Notes: generated by a model not told the origin, from the letters alone. 64,000 bases of DNA from an uncultured delta proteobacterium (GCA_963785725.1 CAWAWS010000017.1:128001-192000), one strand, 5' to 3'. Numbered from the stretch's first letter, positions 20,205 to 31,144 are shown. Translations and numbers: made by a program.

Positions 20205-20231
20205 TTGTATTACAAGTTGCCGTGTTATACT
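20205..20231 (+). promoter_or_regulatory. Extended -10 promoter (TG-T-TATACT) with a perfect palindrome TTGTA-T-TACAA over the -35 region
   Basis: TTGTATTACAA at 20205-20215, TG at 20223-20224, TATACT at 20226-20231, ATG at 20242. Confidence 0.55.
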
Positions 20232-20241
20232 CCGTGGCCGG

Positions 20242-20961
20242 ATGCGCCGTCCCACCGTGGTCGACAAGCTCAGCGCGTTCGAGGTCTTCGCCGACCGCGA
20301 GCTGAAAGTCGGCCATCCCATCGTTGCCCGCCTCGTCGGGCGTCGTTTCGACCAGCTCCTGGAAGGGCCCAACTACGATCGTCCTTACGACGCCCGCTTC
20401 GGCAAGGCGATGGTCAAGACGCTCTCGTATGTCGCTGCCACACTAGGCGCTTCGTTCGGTTTCGCCGAGCGCACCGAGCTGTCGCTGTACGCCGTCGCCA
20501 ACGGCGGTGACGCGCGTCGCCTCCTGTCGCGCATCGCCGGCGAAGCCTCGGGCAAGCTGTCGCTCCTGCTCGGCGAAGTGGCGACGTTCGAGGCGCGGCT
20601 CTACGAGTTCGCGTCCAACGAGATGGCGCTCGACTACTTCCGCTGGCGCCAAGACGAAGCCAACGTCATCTCCATCGATCGCTACTGCACGCATGTCCTG
20701 GCGCAGTCGGGCGCCGACGCCACCGCCGTACCGCGCATCTTGGACGGCCTCGGTCCCGACGAGAAAGTGGAGCTCCTGCGGCAAAATTCGCTCGAGTTCC
20801 AGCAGGTGCCGTCGTGGCAGCGGCGCGGCGCGGTCGTGCGCGTGCAGCCCATCGGCGAAAACGGCCACGCCAACGGCACGCACGCCCGGCTCGTCGTCGA
20901 CTTGAACCTGCCCGCCGACGAGGCGTTCAACGAATATTTGCGCGCCGCGCTGCCGCAATAG
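20242..20961 (+). CDS. Thg1-family (tRNA-His guanylyltransferase-like) protein with degenerate catalytic motifs
   Basis: IVARLVGRRF (family RLDGRxF), RPYD, FAERTELSL (family YxQSDEISL), AGEAS, DYFRWRQ, KVELL, PSWQRRG and VDLNLP occur in the Thg1 order over 239 aa. Confidence 0.8.
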   Translation: MRRPTVVDKLSAFEVFADRELKVGHPIVARLVGRRFDQLLEGPNYDRPYDARFGKAMVKTLSYVAATLGASFGFAERTELSLYAVANGGDARRLLSRIAGEASGKLSLLLGEVATFEARLYEFASNEMALDYFRWRQDEANVISIDRYCTHVLAQSGADATAVPRILDGLGPDEKVELLRQNSLEFQQVPSWQRRGAVVRVQPIGENGHANGTHARLVVDLNLPADEAFNEYLRAALPQ

Positions 20962-21006
20962 CGCCGGTTTTGACCTCCGGCGCTTAAACGCGATAATGCG
21001 CGCACC

Positions 21007-21982
21007 ATGCGCGCCGTCCTCTGTCGATCTTATGGCCCTCCCGAGCAGCTCGTCGTCGAAGAGCAGCCCGATCTCGTGCCGTCAGCCGGGCAAGCCGTCG
21101 TCGCCGTCAAGGCCTGCGGCGTCAACTTCCCCGACACGCTGATCATCGCCGGCAAGTATCAGTTCCGCCCCGAGCCGCCGTTCTCGCCCGGCGGTGAGGT
21201 GGCCGGCGTCGTCCACGCCGTCGGCGCGGGCGTCACGAACGTCAAGCCGGGCGATCGCGTCATCGCGCTCATGCCGTGGGGCGGTTACGCCGAGCAGGTG
21301 GCCACCGACGCGACGCGGCTCGTGCCCATTCCCGCCGGCGTCAGCTTCGTGCAAGCCGCCGCCATGCTGACGACTTACGGCACCACGATCTACGCGCTGG
21401 CCGATCGGGCGCAGATGAAAGCGGGCGAGACGCTGCTCGTCCTCGGCGCCGCCGGCGGCGTCGGTCTGGCCGCGATTCAGCTCGGCAAGCTGCTCGGCGC
21501 GCGCGTCATCGCGGCCGCGTCCAGCGCCGACAAGCTCGCGCGTCTGCAAGGCGCAAGGCGCCGACGAGCTCATCGACTACTCCAAAGAGGACCTAAAAGA
21601 GCGGGTCAAGACGCTGACCAAAGGCGCCGGCGTCGACGTCGTCTACGATCCGGTCGGCGGCGCCTACTCCGAGCAGGCCTTGCGCGCGACGGCGTGGAAC
21701 GGGCGGCTGCTCGTCATCGGCTTCGCGGCCGGCGACATCCCGAAGATTCCGCTGAATTTGACGCTGCTCAAAGGCGCGTCGATCGTCGGCGTCTTTTGGG
21801 GGCAATTCACGATGCGCGAGCCGGCGGCGGCGGCGGCGCAGTTCGCGCAGCTGCTCGGCTGGGTCGCCGACGGCAAGCTGACGCCGCACGTGCACGCCGA
21901 GCTGCCGCTCGTCGACGCCGCCAAGGCCATGCGCCTCCTGCTCGACCGAAAAGTGCAGGGCAAAGTCGTCCTGGTGACGTAA
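21007..21982 (+). CDS. NADPH:quinone oxidoreductase (zeta-crystallin/MDR family); +1 indel near 21541
   Basis: GVNFPD, PFSPGGEVAG, GAAGGVG, then GVDVVYDPVGG and GRLLVIGFAAG in the next frame. Confidence 0.9.
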
Positions 21983-22046
21983 CCGCGGCGCGTTCAGCAA
22001 CGTGCGTGTCACCCACGCCGGCGATTTTTCGCGCTAGACTCCGCGC

Positions 22047-23255
22047 GTGCTGACCCTCGACGACATCGAACGCGCCCGCGCGCGCATCAAGGACGACATC
22101 TACACGTCGCCTTGCGCATTCTCCGAGACGTTCTCGAAGCTGACCGGCAACAAGGTCTACTTCAAGCTCGAGAACCTGCAGATGACCGGCTCGTTCAAGG
22201 AGCGCGGCGCCCTCAACAAGATCCTGACGCTGACGCAGGAAGAGCGCGAGCGCGGCGTCATCGCGGCGTCGGCCGGTAACCACGCGCAAGGTGTCGCCTA
22301 TCACGCGACGCGCAAGGGCATCAAGTCGACCATCGTCATGCCCGCGGCGTCGCCGCTCGTCAAAGTCACGCGCACGCGGGAATACGGCGCCGAGGTCATC
22401 TTGCACGGCTCGAGCTACGACGAGGCGTTCGAGGAGGCGTGGCGGCGACGCGAAGAGCAGGGCCTCACGTTCATCCACGCCTTCGACGACGACGCGGTCA
22501 TGGCCGGCCAAGGCTCGCTCGGCCTCGAGCTGCTCGAGCAGAATCCCTACTTGGAAGCGGTGGTCGTGCCCATCGGTGGCGGTGGTCTCATCAGCGGCAT
22601 CGCCGTCGCCATGAAGGAGATCAACCCGCGCGTGCGCATCATCGGCGTGCAGACGGCGCGGCTGCCGTCGATGCAGCGCGCGGTCGCCGAGCACGCGCCG
22701 GTGACCTTGCCGGCGGCGGTGACGATCGCCGACGGCATCGCCGTCCGCCGCGCCGGCGCGCGCACGCTGCCGGTCGTCGCCAAGTACGTCGACGACATCG
22801 TGACCGTCGACGAGGAGGAGATCGCCAACGCCATCCTGCTCTTGCTCGAGCGCGAGAAGACGGTGGCCGAAGGCGCGGGCGCGGCGGCGATGGCGGCGCT
22901 CGTGCAGGGCAAGACCAAGCTGGTGGGCAAGAAGGTCGCCATCGTCATCGGCGGCGGCAACATCGACGTGAACATCTTGTCGCGCATCATCGAACGTGGC
23001 CTGGTCAAGGACGGGCGGCTGGTGCGCTTCCGCGTGCGCGTCACCGACCATCCGGGCGCGCTGCACAAGCTGACCGGCGAGATCGCGGCCGTGCGCGCGA
23101 ACATTCAGGAGGTCATCCACAATCGCGCATTCTCGCGAGTGGACCTAGGCGAGACGGCGATCGACATCACGCTCGAGACGCGTGGAGTCGAGCACATCGA
23201 GCAGCTCGTAGCGCTCTTCAGCGAGCGTGGATACGAGCATCAACGCCTCTTCTGA
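22047..23255 (+). CDS. ilvA: Threonine ammonia-lyase with C-terminal ACT domain
   Basis: KLENLQMTGSFKERGA (PLP lysine), ASAGNHAQG, PIGGGGLISG, GGNID and ACT motif DHPGAL. Confidence 0.9.
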   Translation: MLTLDDIERARARIKDDIYTSPCAFSETFSKLTGNKVYFKLENLQMTGSFKERGALNKILTLTQEERERGVIAASAGNHAQGVAYHATRKGIKSTIVMPAASPLVKVTRTREYGAEVILHGSSYDEAFEEAWRRREEQGLTFIHAFDDDAVMAGQGSLGLELLEQNPYLEAVVVPIGGGGLISGIAVAMKEINPRVRIIGVQTARLPSMQRAVAEHAPVTLPAAVTIADGIAVRRAGARTLPVVAKYVDDIVTVDEEEIANAILLLLEREKTVAEGAGAAAMAALVQGKTKLVGKKVAIVIGGGNIDVNILSRIIERGLVKDGRLVRFRVRVTDHPGALHKLTGEIAAVRANIQEVIHNRAFSRVDLGETAIDITLETRGVEHIEQLVALFSERGYEHQRLF

Positions 23256-23344
23256 TCGGCGTCATTTGGTGTACGTTACGCAACGCAGCCGAGGGCGAAA
23301 ATCGGTAATCGCCCGGGAAAGTTGCGCTATAATGGTGTGCTGAC

Positions 23345-24199
23345 ATGCGGTTGCCTGTGTTCGGTCAAGCTGCGGTTGAAATGCCGCCTCCTGCGACTCC
23401 GCTGCGCGCCACCGAGCTCGGCGCCTTCAAGTACGGATCGAAGCTCGAGAAGCGCATCGTCCAGAAGATCGGCGCCGCCGTCGTCGACTACGACTTGATC
23501 GCCGAGGGCGACAAGATCATGGTCTGCGTCTCGGGCGGCAAGGACTCGTACGCGCTGCTCGACGCGCTCTTGCTGTTGTCGCGCAAGTCGCCGGTGAATT
23601 ACGAGATCGTCGCGGTGAACGTCGATCAAGGCTGGCCCGGCTATCAGACCGACGCGATAAAGCAGCACCTCGAGTCGCGCGAGGTGAACTATCGGATGGT
23701 GAACGCGCACGAGATCGCCGCCATCGTCGAGCGCGTCTTGAATCCGGAAGAGACGGGCGCCACGCCGTGCTCGCTCTGCTCGCGCCTGCGCCGCGGCGTG
23801 CTGTATGGCTTGGCGACGGAGCTGGGCGCGACCAAGATCGCGCTCGGTCATCACCTCGACGACCTGGCCGAGACGCTGCTGTTGAATCTGTTTTTCTCGG
23901 GATCTTTGCGCGCCATGCCGCCCAAGCTCGTCAGCGACTCGGGCGAGCACGTGGTCATTCGGCCGATGGCGTACGTCGAAGAGCGCGACTTGACCGAATA
24001 TGCCGCCGAGCGGCGTTATCCGGTCGTGCGCTGCTCGTGCCCGACGTGCGGCCTGCCCGATCAGCAGCGCCAAGTGGTCAAGCGCATGCTGACGTCGCTG
24101 CAAGCGGATCACGACGGGTTGAAGACGCAGATGTTGGCGGCGATGAAGAACGTCAAGCCCGCCTTCCTGCTCGACCGCGCCTTGGTGAAGACTCCGTAG
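23345..24199 (+). CDS. ttcA: tRNA 2-thiocytidine(32) synthetase
   Basis: PP-loop SGGKDS, CSLCSRLRRG, GHHLDD, MPPKL and C-terminal CSCPTCG. Perfect TATAAT at 23328-23333. Confidence 0.92.
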   Translation: MRLPVFGQAAVEMPPPATPLRATELGAFKYGSKLEKRIVQKIGAAVVDYDLIAEGDKIMVCVSGGKDSYALLDALLLLSRKSPVNYEIVAVNVDQGWPGYQTDAIKQHLESREVNYRMVNAHEIAAIVERVLNPEETGATPCSLCSRLRRGVLYGLATELGATKIALGHHLDDLAETLLLNLFFSGSLRAMPPKLVSDSGEHVVIRPMAYVEERDLTEYAAERRYPVVRCSCPTCGLPDQQRQVVKRMLTSLQADHDGLKTQMLAAMKNVKPAFLLDRALVKTP

Positions 24200-24202
24200 C
24201 GA

Positions 24203-26446
24203 ATGAAGTTCGCCTGCGACAAGTGCAATACCCGCTACTCGATCGCCGACGAGCGAGTGCACGGGCGTGTGCTCAAGATCCGCTGCAAAGCGTGCAACCA
24301 CGTCATCACCGTGCGTGAGCCGGACGTGGCGCCGATGCCGGCGCTCGACGAGGACGATCCGCTCGGCGGCGACGACGAGCACACGCGCGTGTCGATGGGT
24401 CCGCCGCCGTCGAGCGCGGCGGCCGCGACGGCGCCGGCGACCGCCAATACCGCGACGGGCGACGACGATTGGTTCGTCTCGTTCGACGGCGACCAAGAAG
24501 GGCCGTTGCCGTTGGCGCGCGCGCTCGATCGGGTGCGCGCCGAGCGTCCGCACGGCAAGGAGTGCTTCTGCTGGCGCGCCGGCTTCTTCGTCTGGCTGCC
24601 GGTCGAGGATGTGCCCGAGTTCGCGCCGGCGCTCGGTCGCGCCGCGCCGCCGCCGCCGCCGGCCAAATCCGCGGCCAAAGCGCCGCCGCCCGCGGCCAAG
24701 ACACCGGCGCCGCCGACGAAGGCGGGCACGTTGCCGCCGCTGAAGTCGCCGACCGGTCCGCTGCCGGCGATGGGCGCGAAGTCGTCGACGGGACCGCAGG
24801 CGAAGATTGGCGGCACGACCGGCGCGCAAGCGAAGTCGCCGACGGGGCCGCAAGCGCCGGTCAAAGCCGGCTCGTCGACGGGGCCGCAAGCGCCGGTCAA
24901 AGCCGGCTCGTCGACGGGACCGCAGGCCAAGATTGGCTCGTCGACGGGACCGCAGGCCAAGATTGGCTCGTCGACGGGACCGCAGGCCAAGATTGGCTCG
25001 TCGACGGGGCCGCAGGCCAAGATTGGCTCGTCGGCGGGGCCGCAAGCGGCCGTGAAGTCGGTGACGGGCGCGCAGGCGACCGTGAAGTCGCCGACGGGAC
25101 CGCTGCCCGTCGCGCCGTCGCAGCCGAGCGTCGATCATCGGCCGCATTCGGTCGTCGATTTGCCGAGCCCGCCGCTCGACGACTTGTCGGACGATCTCGA
25201 GGAGGAGCTGCGGCCGCTGGAATTGCCGCGTCCGTCCGCCGATCGTCCGCCGCTGTTCGAGTCGGGCCCGATGAACGTCGGCGGCGCGCCGTCGGTGGTG
25301 ATGCCGCAGGCGACGACGCGACCGGAGCCGCGCTTCGGCAAGAAGGCGAGCGACGAGCCGCTCCTGCCCAAGATGAACGACGCGCCGAGCGCGCCGTCGT
25401 CGCTGTCGCCGTTCCGCGCGGCGCTGCAGACGTCGGGACCGGCGCACGCCAGCCACGACGCGTCCCAGCTGAAGGTGCCCGACGCGCCCAAGCTGGGTGA
25501 GCTGCCGCTCGACACCGGGCCGGTGCCGCTGCCGCCGCCGCCCGATGACTTGCCGATCGGCGAAGCGTCGGGCCTCATCAGCTTGGCGCACTTGGCGAAG
25601 CCGTCGCTGATGACGGCGACGGTCGAGCCCGGTCGGCGCTCGGCCATCGACACGTTCGGCGGCGTTCCCGTCGTGCAGTCGGGCAAGATGTCGGTGCCGG
25701 CTTCGGCGGCGATGGTGTCGGCGGAGCCGATGATCGCGCCGCGCGGCGGGGCGCCGTGGATGAAGTGGGCGGCGCTCGCCGGCGCGCTGGCGACGATCGG
25801 CCTCACCGTCGCCGTGATCATGCTGCTGACGCGGAAGCCGACGGTGATCGTCGTGCCGCCGGCGCCGGTCGTCGAATCGCAGCGCAAGGTCGACGACAAG
25901 CCGATCACGGTCACCGATGACGCGCCGACGCCGCAAGCGCCGACGCCCGGCAGCGACAAGCGCCCGCAAAAGCGCGTCTCGTCGGCGCGCTCGGCGGCGG
26001 TCGCGCAAAAGTCACCTCCGACGGCGCCGTCGACCGCGTCGCCCGGCGCCGATCTGTCGAATTCGCAGCGCAACCTGGCGTCGCTGTATCGCGACGAAGG
26101 CGGCGAGCACGGCGCCAAGGGTTCGCCCACGATCGACAACGGCGCACACGCCGGCGGCCAGGTCTCGCAGCAGGCGATCATGGCTGTGCCGACGCAGAAC
26201 CGCCGCTCGCTCAGCTTGTGCTACGACCGCGTCTTGAAGCACGACTCGACGTTGAAGTCGGGGCGCATCCTCATTCACGTCAAGATCGGCATCTCCGGGT
26301 CGGTGACCGGCGTGGCCGTGCCCGATCCGCAATATTCCGGGTCGGAGATCGGGCAATGCTTGGTGCAGACGATCAAGCACTGGCACTTCCCGTCGGCCGA
26401 CTCCGAGTACGAGACGGAATTCCCGATTATTCTGCAGGCCAATTAG
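24203..26446 (+). CDS. Zinc-ribbon / GYF_2 / TM / AgmX-PglI C-terminal domain protein (GltJ/AgmX-like)
   Basis: MKFACDKC...CKAC zinc ribbon; WFVSFDGDQEGP...CWRAGFFVWLPVEDVPEF (GYF_2); long Pro-rich linker; TM helix; TonB-C-like end with CY...CL...IKHWHFP...FPI. Confidence 0.8.
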   Translation: MKFACDKCNTRYSIADERVHGRVLKIRCKACNHVITVREPDVAPMPALDEDDPLGGDDEHTRVSMGPPPSSAAAATAPATANTATGDDDWFVSFDGDQEGPLPLARALDRVRAERPHGKECFCWRAGFFVWLPVEDVPEFAPALGRAAPPPPPAKSAAKAPPPAAKTPAPPTKAGTLPPLKSPTGPLPAMGAKSSTGPQAKIGGTTGAQAKSPTGPQAPVKAGSSTGPQAPVKAGSSTGPQAKIGSSTGPQAKIGSSTGPQAKIGSSTGPQAKIGSSAGPQAAVKSVTGAQATVKSPTGPLPVAPSQPSVDHRPHSVVDLPSPPLDDLSDDLEEELRPLELPRPSADRPPLFESGPMNVGGAPSVVMPQATTRPEPRFGKKASDEPLLPKMNDAPSAPSSLSPFRAALQTSGPAHASHDASQLKVPDAPKLGELPLDTGPVPLPPPPDDLPIGEASGLISLAHLAKPSLMTATVEPGRRSAIDTFGGVPVVQSGKMSVPASAAMVSAEPMIAPRGGAPWMKWAALAGALATIGLTVAVIMLLTRKPTVIVVPPAPVVESQRKVDDKPITVTDDAPTPQAPTPGSDKRPQKRVSSARSAAVAQKSPPTAPSTASPGADLSNSQRNLASLYRDEGGEHGAKGSPTIDNGAHAGGQVSQQAIMAVPTQNRRSLSLCYDRVLKHDSTLKSGRILIHVKIGISGSVTGVAVPDPQYSGSEIGQCLVQTIKHWHFPSADSEYETEFPIILQAN
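24840..25044 (+). repeat. In-frame tandem repeats: 2 x 36 bp followed by 4+ x 30 bp, encoding TGPQAPVKAGSS and GSSTGPQAKI
   Basis: Identical 36-mers at 24840-24875 and 24876-24911. 30-mers at 24905, 24935 and 24965 are identical, the one at 24995 has one mismatch, and a partial copy follows. Confidence 0.95.
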
Positions 26447-26499
26447 CGGGCAGCGTTGCTCGCGCCAGCCGCGCGAATCGCGCGCGAGCCGTGCGAAAA

Positions 26500-27682
26500 C
26501 TAAAAGGGCGTGACCACGATCTCGGTCGCGCGGCGGTAGCAATCATCGGCAATCGCCCTGACGTCGACCGACGCTTCGATCTTCTCCGCGATATCGAGCC
26601 GCGCCTTCGTCTGCGGATGCTCCGGCACGAACAGCGAGCAGCAGTCGTCGTAAGGCTCGATCGACGTCTCGAACGTGCCGATCCGCCGCGCAATCGCGAT
26701 CGTCTCCTGCTTGTCGTGCCCCAAACATGGCCGCAGCACCGGCAACGACGACGCCGCGCCGATCACGCCCATGTTCTCCAGCGTCTGCGACGCCACCTGC
26801 GCCAGCGCTTCGCCCGTCGCCAGCGCCTTGGCGTCGGCGTTGCGCGCGATGCGCTCGGCCACGCGCATCATCATTCGCCGATAGAGCACGACCGCCATTT
26901 TGCCGTCGGGGTTCGCCTCGCGCAGCGCCTTTTGCGCGTTCGTGAAGGGCACGATCTTGAGGCGAATGTCGGACAGCTGCCAGTTCGCGAGCAGCTTCGC
27001 CAGGCGCGTGACTTTGTCTTGCGTCTTCTCGCCCGTGTACGGGAACGAGTGGAAATAGGTCGCGTTCAAGATGCAGCCGCGCTTCATCATCATCCAGCCG
27101 GCGACGGGCGAGTCGATGCCGCCCGACAACAAGCAGCTCGACGCGGCCGGTGACGCCGGCGGGCAGACCGCCGGGCGCGGGGATGACGCCGGCGTAGACG
27201 AACGCTTGGTCCCAGCCGACCTCGACGCCGATGGTGAGCTCGGGCGTGTGCACGTCGACGGGAAGCCCGAGCGCCTGCACGATGGCGCCGCCGGCGATGC
27301 GGCCGAGCTCCATCGAGTTGGCGACGAAGCGCTTGTCGGCGCGGCGGGCTTCGACCTTGAAGCGCGGTTTGCGGCCGAGCCGCTCGACCTCGGCGCGCGT
27401 CAGCTCGACGGCGGCGGCGCTGATGGTGGCGACGTCGCGCTCCATGACCTTGGCCGGCGACAGCGACGACGCGCCGAACAGCCGCGACAGCGCCGCCATC
27501 ATCGGCGCCATGCCGCCTTCGCCGGGGAACGCCAGCAGCCGGCCGTGAATTTTCTCGACGCGCGCGCCGGCGATGCGCGCGACGGCGCGCTGCGCGTTCT
27601 GCAGCAACATGCGCTCGAAAAAGGGACGATTTTCGCCCTTCAGGAAGATTTCGCCGAAGCGGATCATGACGACGTCGGTCAA
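26500..27682 (-). CDS. thiI: tRNA 4-thiouridine synthase, short form without rhodanese domain; +1 indel near 27135
   Basis: IRFGEIFLKGENR, THUMP domain (FKVEARRADKRF), GGLPAG, then LLSGGIDSPVA, GEALAQVASQTL and IEPYDDCC. Confidence 0.92.
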
Positions 27683-28812
27683 GAGAGCTCTTTCACGGTA
27701 GCGATGACGGCGAGCGCGGCGCGTGCCACTTCGTCGTCGGTGGTGAGGCGCGACAGCGACAGCCGAATGGTGCCGACGTCGTCGCGAACGCCGATGGCGC
27801 GCAACGTCGCCGACGGCTTTTTGTCCCGCGCGTGGCAGGCCGATCCCGCCGAAACATAGACGCCGCGCGCCGACAGCGCATGCAAGAGCGGCTCGGCCGG
27901 AACGCCGGCAAAGCCGAGCGACAACACGTGCGGCGCCGTCAGCGCCGGGTCGCCGTGACGCTGCGCCGCCGGCAGCGCCGCCGCAATCGTCGTCCACAAG
28001 TGGTCGCGCTGTCGAGCCATGCGCGGCGCGGCTTCGGCGCGGGCGGCGACCGCCAATTCGCACGCCAGGCCGAGCGCGACGATCCCGGGCACGCCTTCGG
28101 TGCCCGGCCTCAAGCCGCGCTCTTGACCGCCGCCGTGCACGATCGGCCGCAACTTGCAGCCGCGCTTGAGCCACAGCGCGCCCACGCCTTTCGGCCCGTG
28201 GATCTTGTGCGCCGACAGCGCCAGCGAGTCGAACGCCGCGCCCGCCACCGTCAGCGCCAGCTTGCCGATCGCCTGCACGCCGTCGACATGCACGTGGCAG
28301 CGCGGCGCCCGCTCTTTGACCGCCCGCGCGATCGCGTCCACCGGCTGAATCGTGCCGATCTCGTTCTGCACCCACATGCAGGCGACGATTCCCGTGTCCG
28401 GCCGCACGGCGCGCGCGAAATCCTCGACCGCGACGACGCCGTTCGCCGCCGGCGCCACCGTCGTCACCGCGACGCCGCGCGCGTGCAGCGCCTTGGCCGC
28501 GTCCGCCACCGACGGATGCTCGAAGCCGCTCACGACGACGTGCGTCAGCTTGCCCGTCGTCCCCAACATCGCCAGCGCGTTGGCCTCGGTGCCGCCCGAC
28601 GTGAACAGCACCTCCTCGTCGCTGCCGCCAATCGCCGCCGCCACTTGCGCGCGCGCCTTGGCCACGCGCCGCGCCGCCTCCGCGCCCGGCCCGTGCGCCG
28701 ACGACGGGTTGCCGTAGGCCTCGAGCATCGCGTCGAGCGCCGCTTGCGCCACGCGCCCGTCGACCCGCGTCGAGGCGCCGTTGTCCAGATAAATGGGTGC
28801 TTCGTTCTTCAT
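27679..28812 (-). CDS. Cysteine desulfurase (IscS/NifS group I)
   Basis: IYLDNGAST, GNPSS, FTSGGTE, NEIGT, SAHKIHGPKG (PLP lysine) and SAGSAC (catalytic Cys). Its stop overlaps the thiI start. Confidence 0.93.
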   Translation of the reverse strand: MKNEAPIYLDNGASTRVDGRVAQAALDAMLEAYGNPSSAHGPGAEAARRVAKARAQVAAAIGGSDEEVLFTSGGTEANALAMLGTTGKLTHVVVSGFEHPSVADAAKALHARGVAVTTVAPAANGVVAVEDFARAVRPDTGIVACMWVQNEIGTIQPVDAIARAVKERAPRCHVHVDGVQAIGKLALTVAGAAFDSLALSAHKIHGPKGVGALWLKRGCKLRPIVHGGGQERGLRPGTEGVPGIVALGLACELAVAARAEAAPRMARQRDHLWTTIAAALPAAQRHGDPALTAPHVLSLGFAGVPAEPLLHALSARGVYVSAGSACHARDKKPSATLRAIGVRDDVGTIRLSLSRLTTDDEVARAALAVIATVKELS

Positions 28813-28891
28813 CGATTCTCGGGTTCGCTTTTGATGCTGCTTCGCGCTAGACCAGTTCGCGGCTCGCAGGCTACTCCTGAAGGACCACGGC

Positions 28892-30030
28892 GTGTTCGGC
28901 GTTTATATCCATTTTCCCTACTGTCGCAAACGTTGTCCGTACTGCGACTTCGCGGTGCACGCGCGGGCGCGCATTCCGCACGACGCGTACGCCGACGCCG
29001 TCGTCGCCGAATTGGCCGAGCGGGCGCCGCTGTTCGCCGGCCGCGAGCTCGTCAGCATCTACTTCGGCGGCGGCACGCCGGGATTATGGCGCGCCGACTG
29101 CCTGGCCCGCGTCATCCGCGCCGTCACGCACGCCGTTCGCGCAGTCGCCGTCGGTGCCGCAGCTCGAGGTCACCGTCGAAGCCAACCCCGATGACCTGTC
29201 GCGCGAGCACTTGGACGCGCTGTTCGCCGCCGGCGTCAACCGTCTCAGCCTGGGCGCGCAATCGCTCAACGACAAGCACCTGCACACGCTCGGACGCACG
29301 CACGGCGCCACGCAAGTGCAAGCGGCCGTAGACGCTGCGCGCGCCGCCGGCTTCGTCAGCCTGTCGCTCGACCTCATGTTCGCGCTGCCGGCGCAGACGC
29401 TGACCGAGCTCGAAGCCGACCTGGCCGGCGTCTTGGCGATGGCGCCCGATCACCTGAGCGTCTACAACCTCACCGTCGAGGAGCGGACCGCGTTCGGCGG
29501 CATGCAGCGCGCCGGCCTCTTGCAGGTGCCGGAGTCGGGCGTCGCCGCCGAGATGTACGAGCGCATCATGCAGCGGCTCGCCGGCGCCGGCTTCGAACAC
29601 TACGAGATCAGCAGCTGGGCCAAACCCGGCCGGCGCGCGCGCCACAACACGCTCTATTGGACCGGCGGCGAATATCTCGGCCTCGGCTGCTCGGCGCACT
29701 CGTTTCGCCGGCTGCCCGACGGCGGCGGCGAGCGCTTCAGCGCCGTCCGCTCCGTCGACGCGTGGCTCAAAGCGCCGCCTTTGGCCACGCGCGAGACGCT
29801 CGACGCCGGCGCGCTCGAACGCGAGGCGGTCTGGCTCGGCCTGCGGCTGCTCGACGGCATCGACCGCGCGGCGCACGCGCGGCTGCACGGCGTCGACCCG
29901 GTCACGGCTCACCAAGTCGAGCTCTACGCGGCTGGTCGGCGAAGGCTTGATCGTCGTCACGCCCGAGCGCGTCCGCCTGACGCCGCGCGGCGTGCTCTTC
30001 GCCGACGAAGTGGGCGCCCGCCTCGTCTAA
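28892..30030 (+). CDS. hemW: Radical SAM heme chaperone HemW (HemN-like); indels near 29140 and 29930
   Basis: [32 protein letters not shown] and HNTLYW (HNxxYW). Directly upstream of hrcA. Confidence 0.88.
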
Positions 30031-30075
30031 GGTTAGCGCGTCCAGCCGGTTTCCATCTGCTATACATGAAGTGAG

Positions 30076-31120
<1,045 letters not shown>

Positions 31121-31144
31121 GCTTGTGATTAGGTTCGGGGGGCG

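Noticed and set aside
16432..20510. Long ORFs 16432..18723 (-) and 17787..20510 (+)
   Set aside because: Their extensions are antisense or off-frame shadows of the HDAC gene, plus read-through after the 19800 indel. The genes were trimmed to the supported parts.
23345..24199. The PP-loop protein as the missing LarE
   Set aside because: Its motifs (SGGKDS, CSLCSRLRRG, MPPKL) are TtcA-type, not the LarE SGGVDS / CY.CK type.
24840..25044. 30/36-bp repeats as a CRISPR array
   Set aside because: Head-to-tail with no spacers, in frame inside a CDS, and no cas genes nearby.
30031..30075. TTAGCGCG...TGCTA upstream of hrcA as a CIRCE
   Set aside because: The arms and spacing do not fit TTAGCACTC-N9-GAGTGCTAA.
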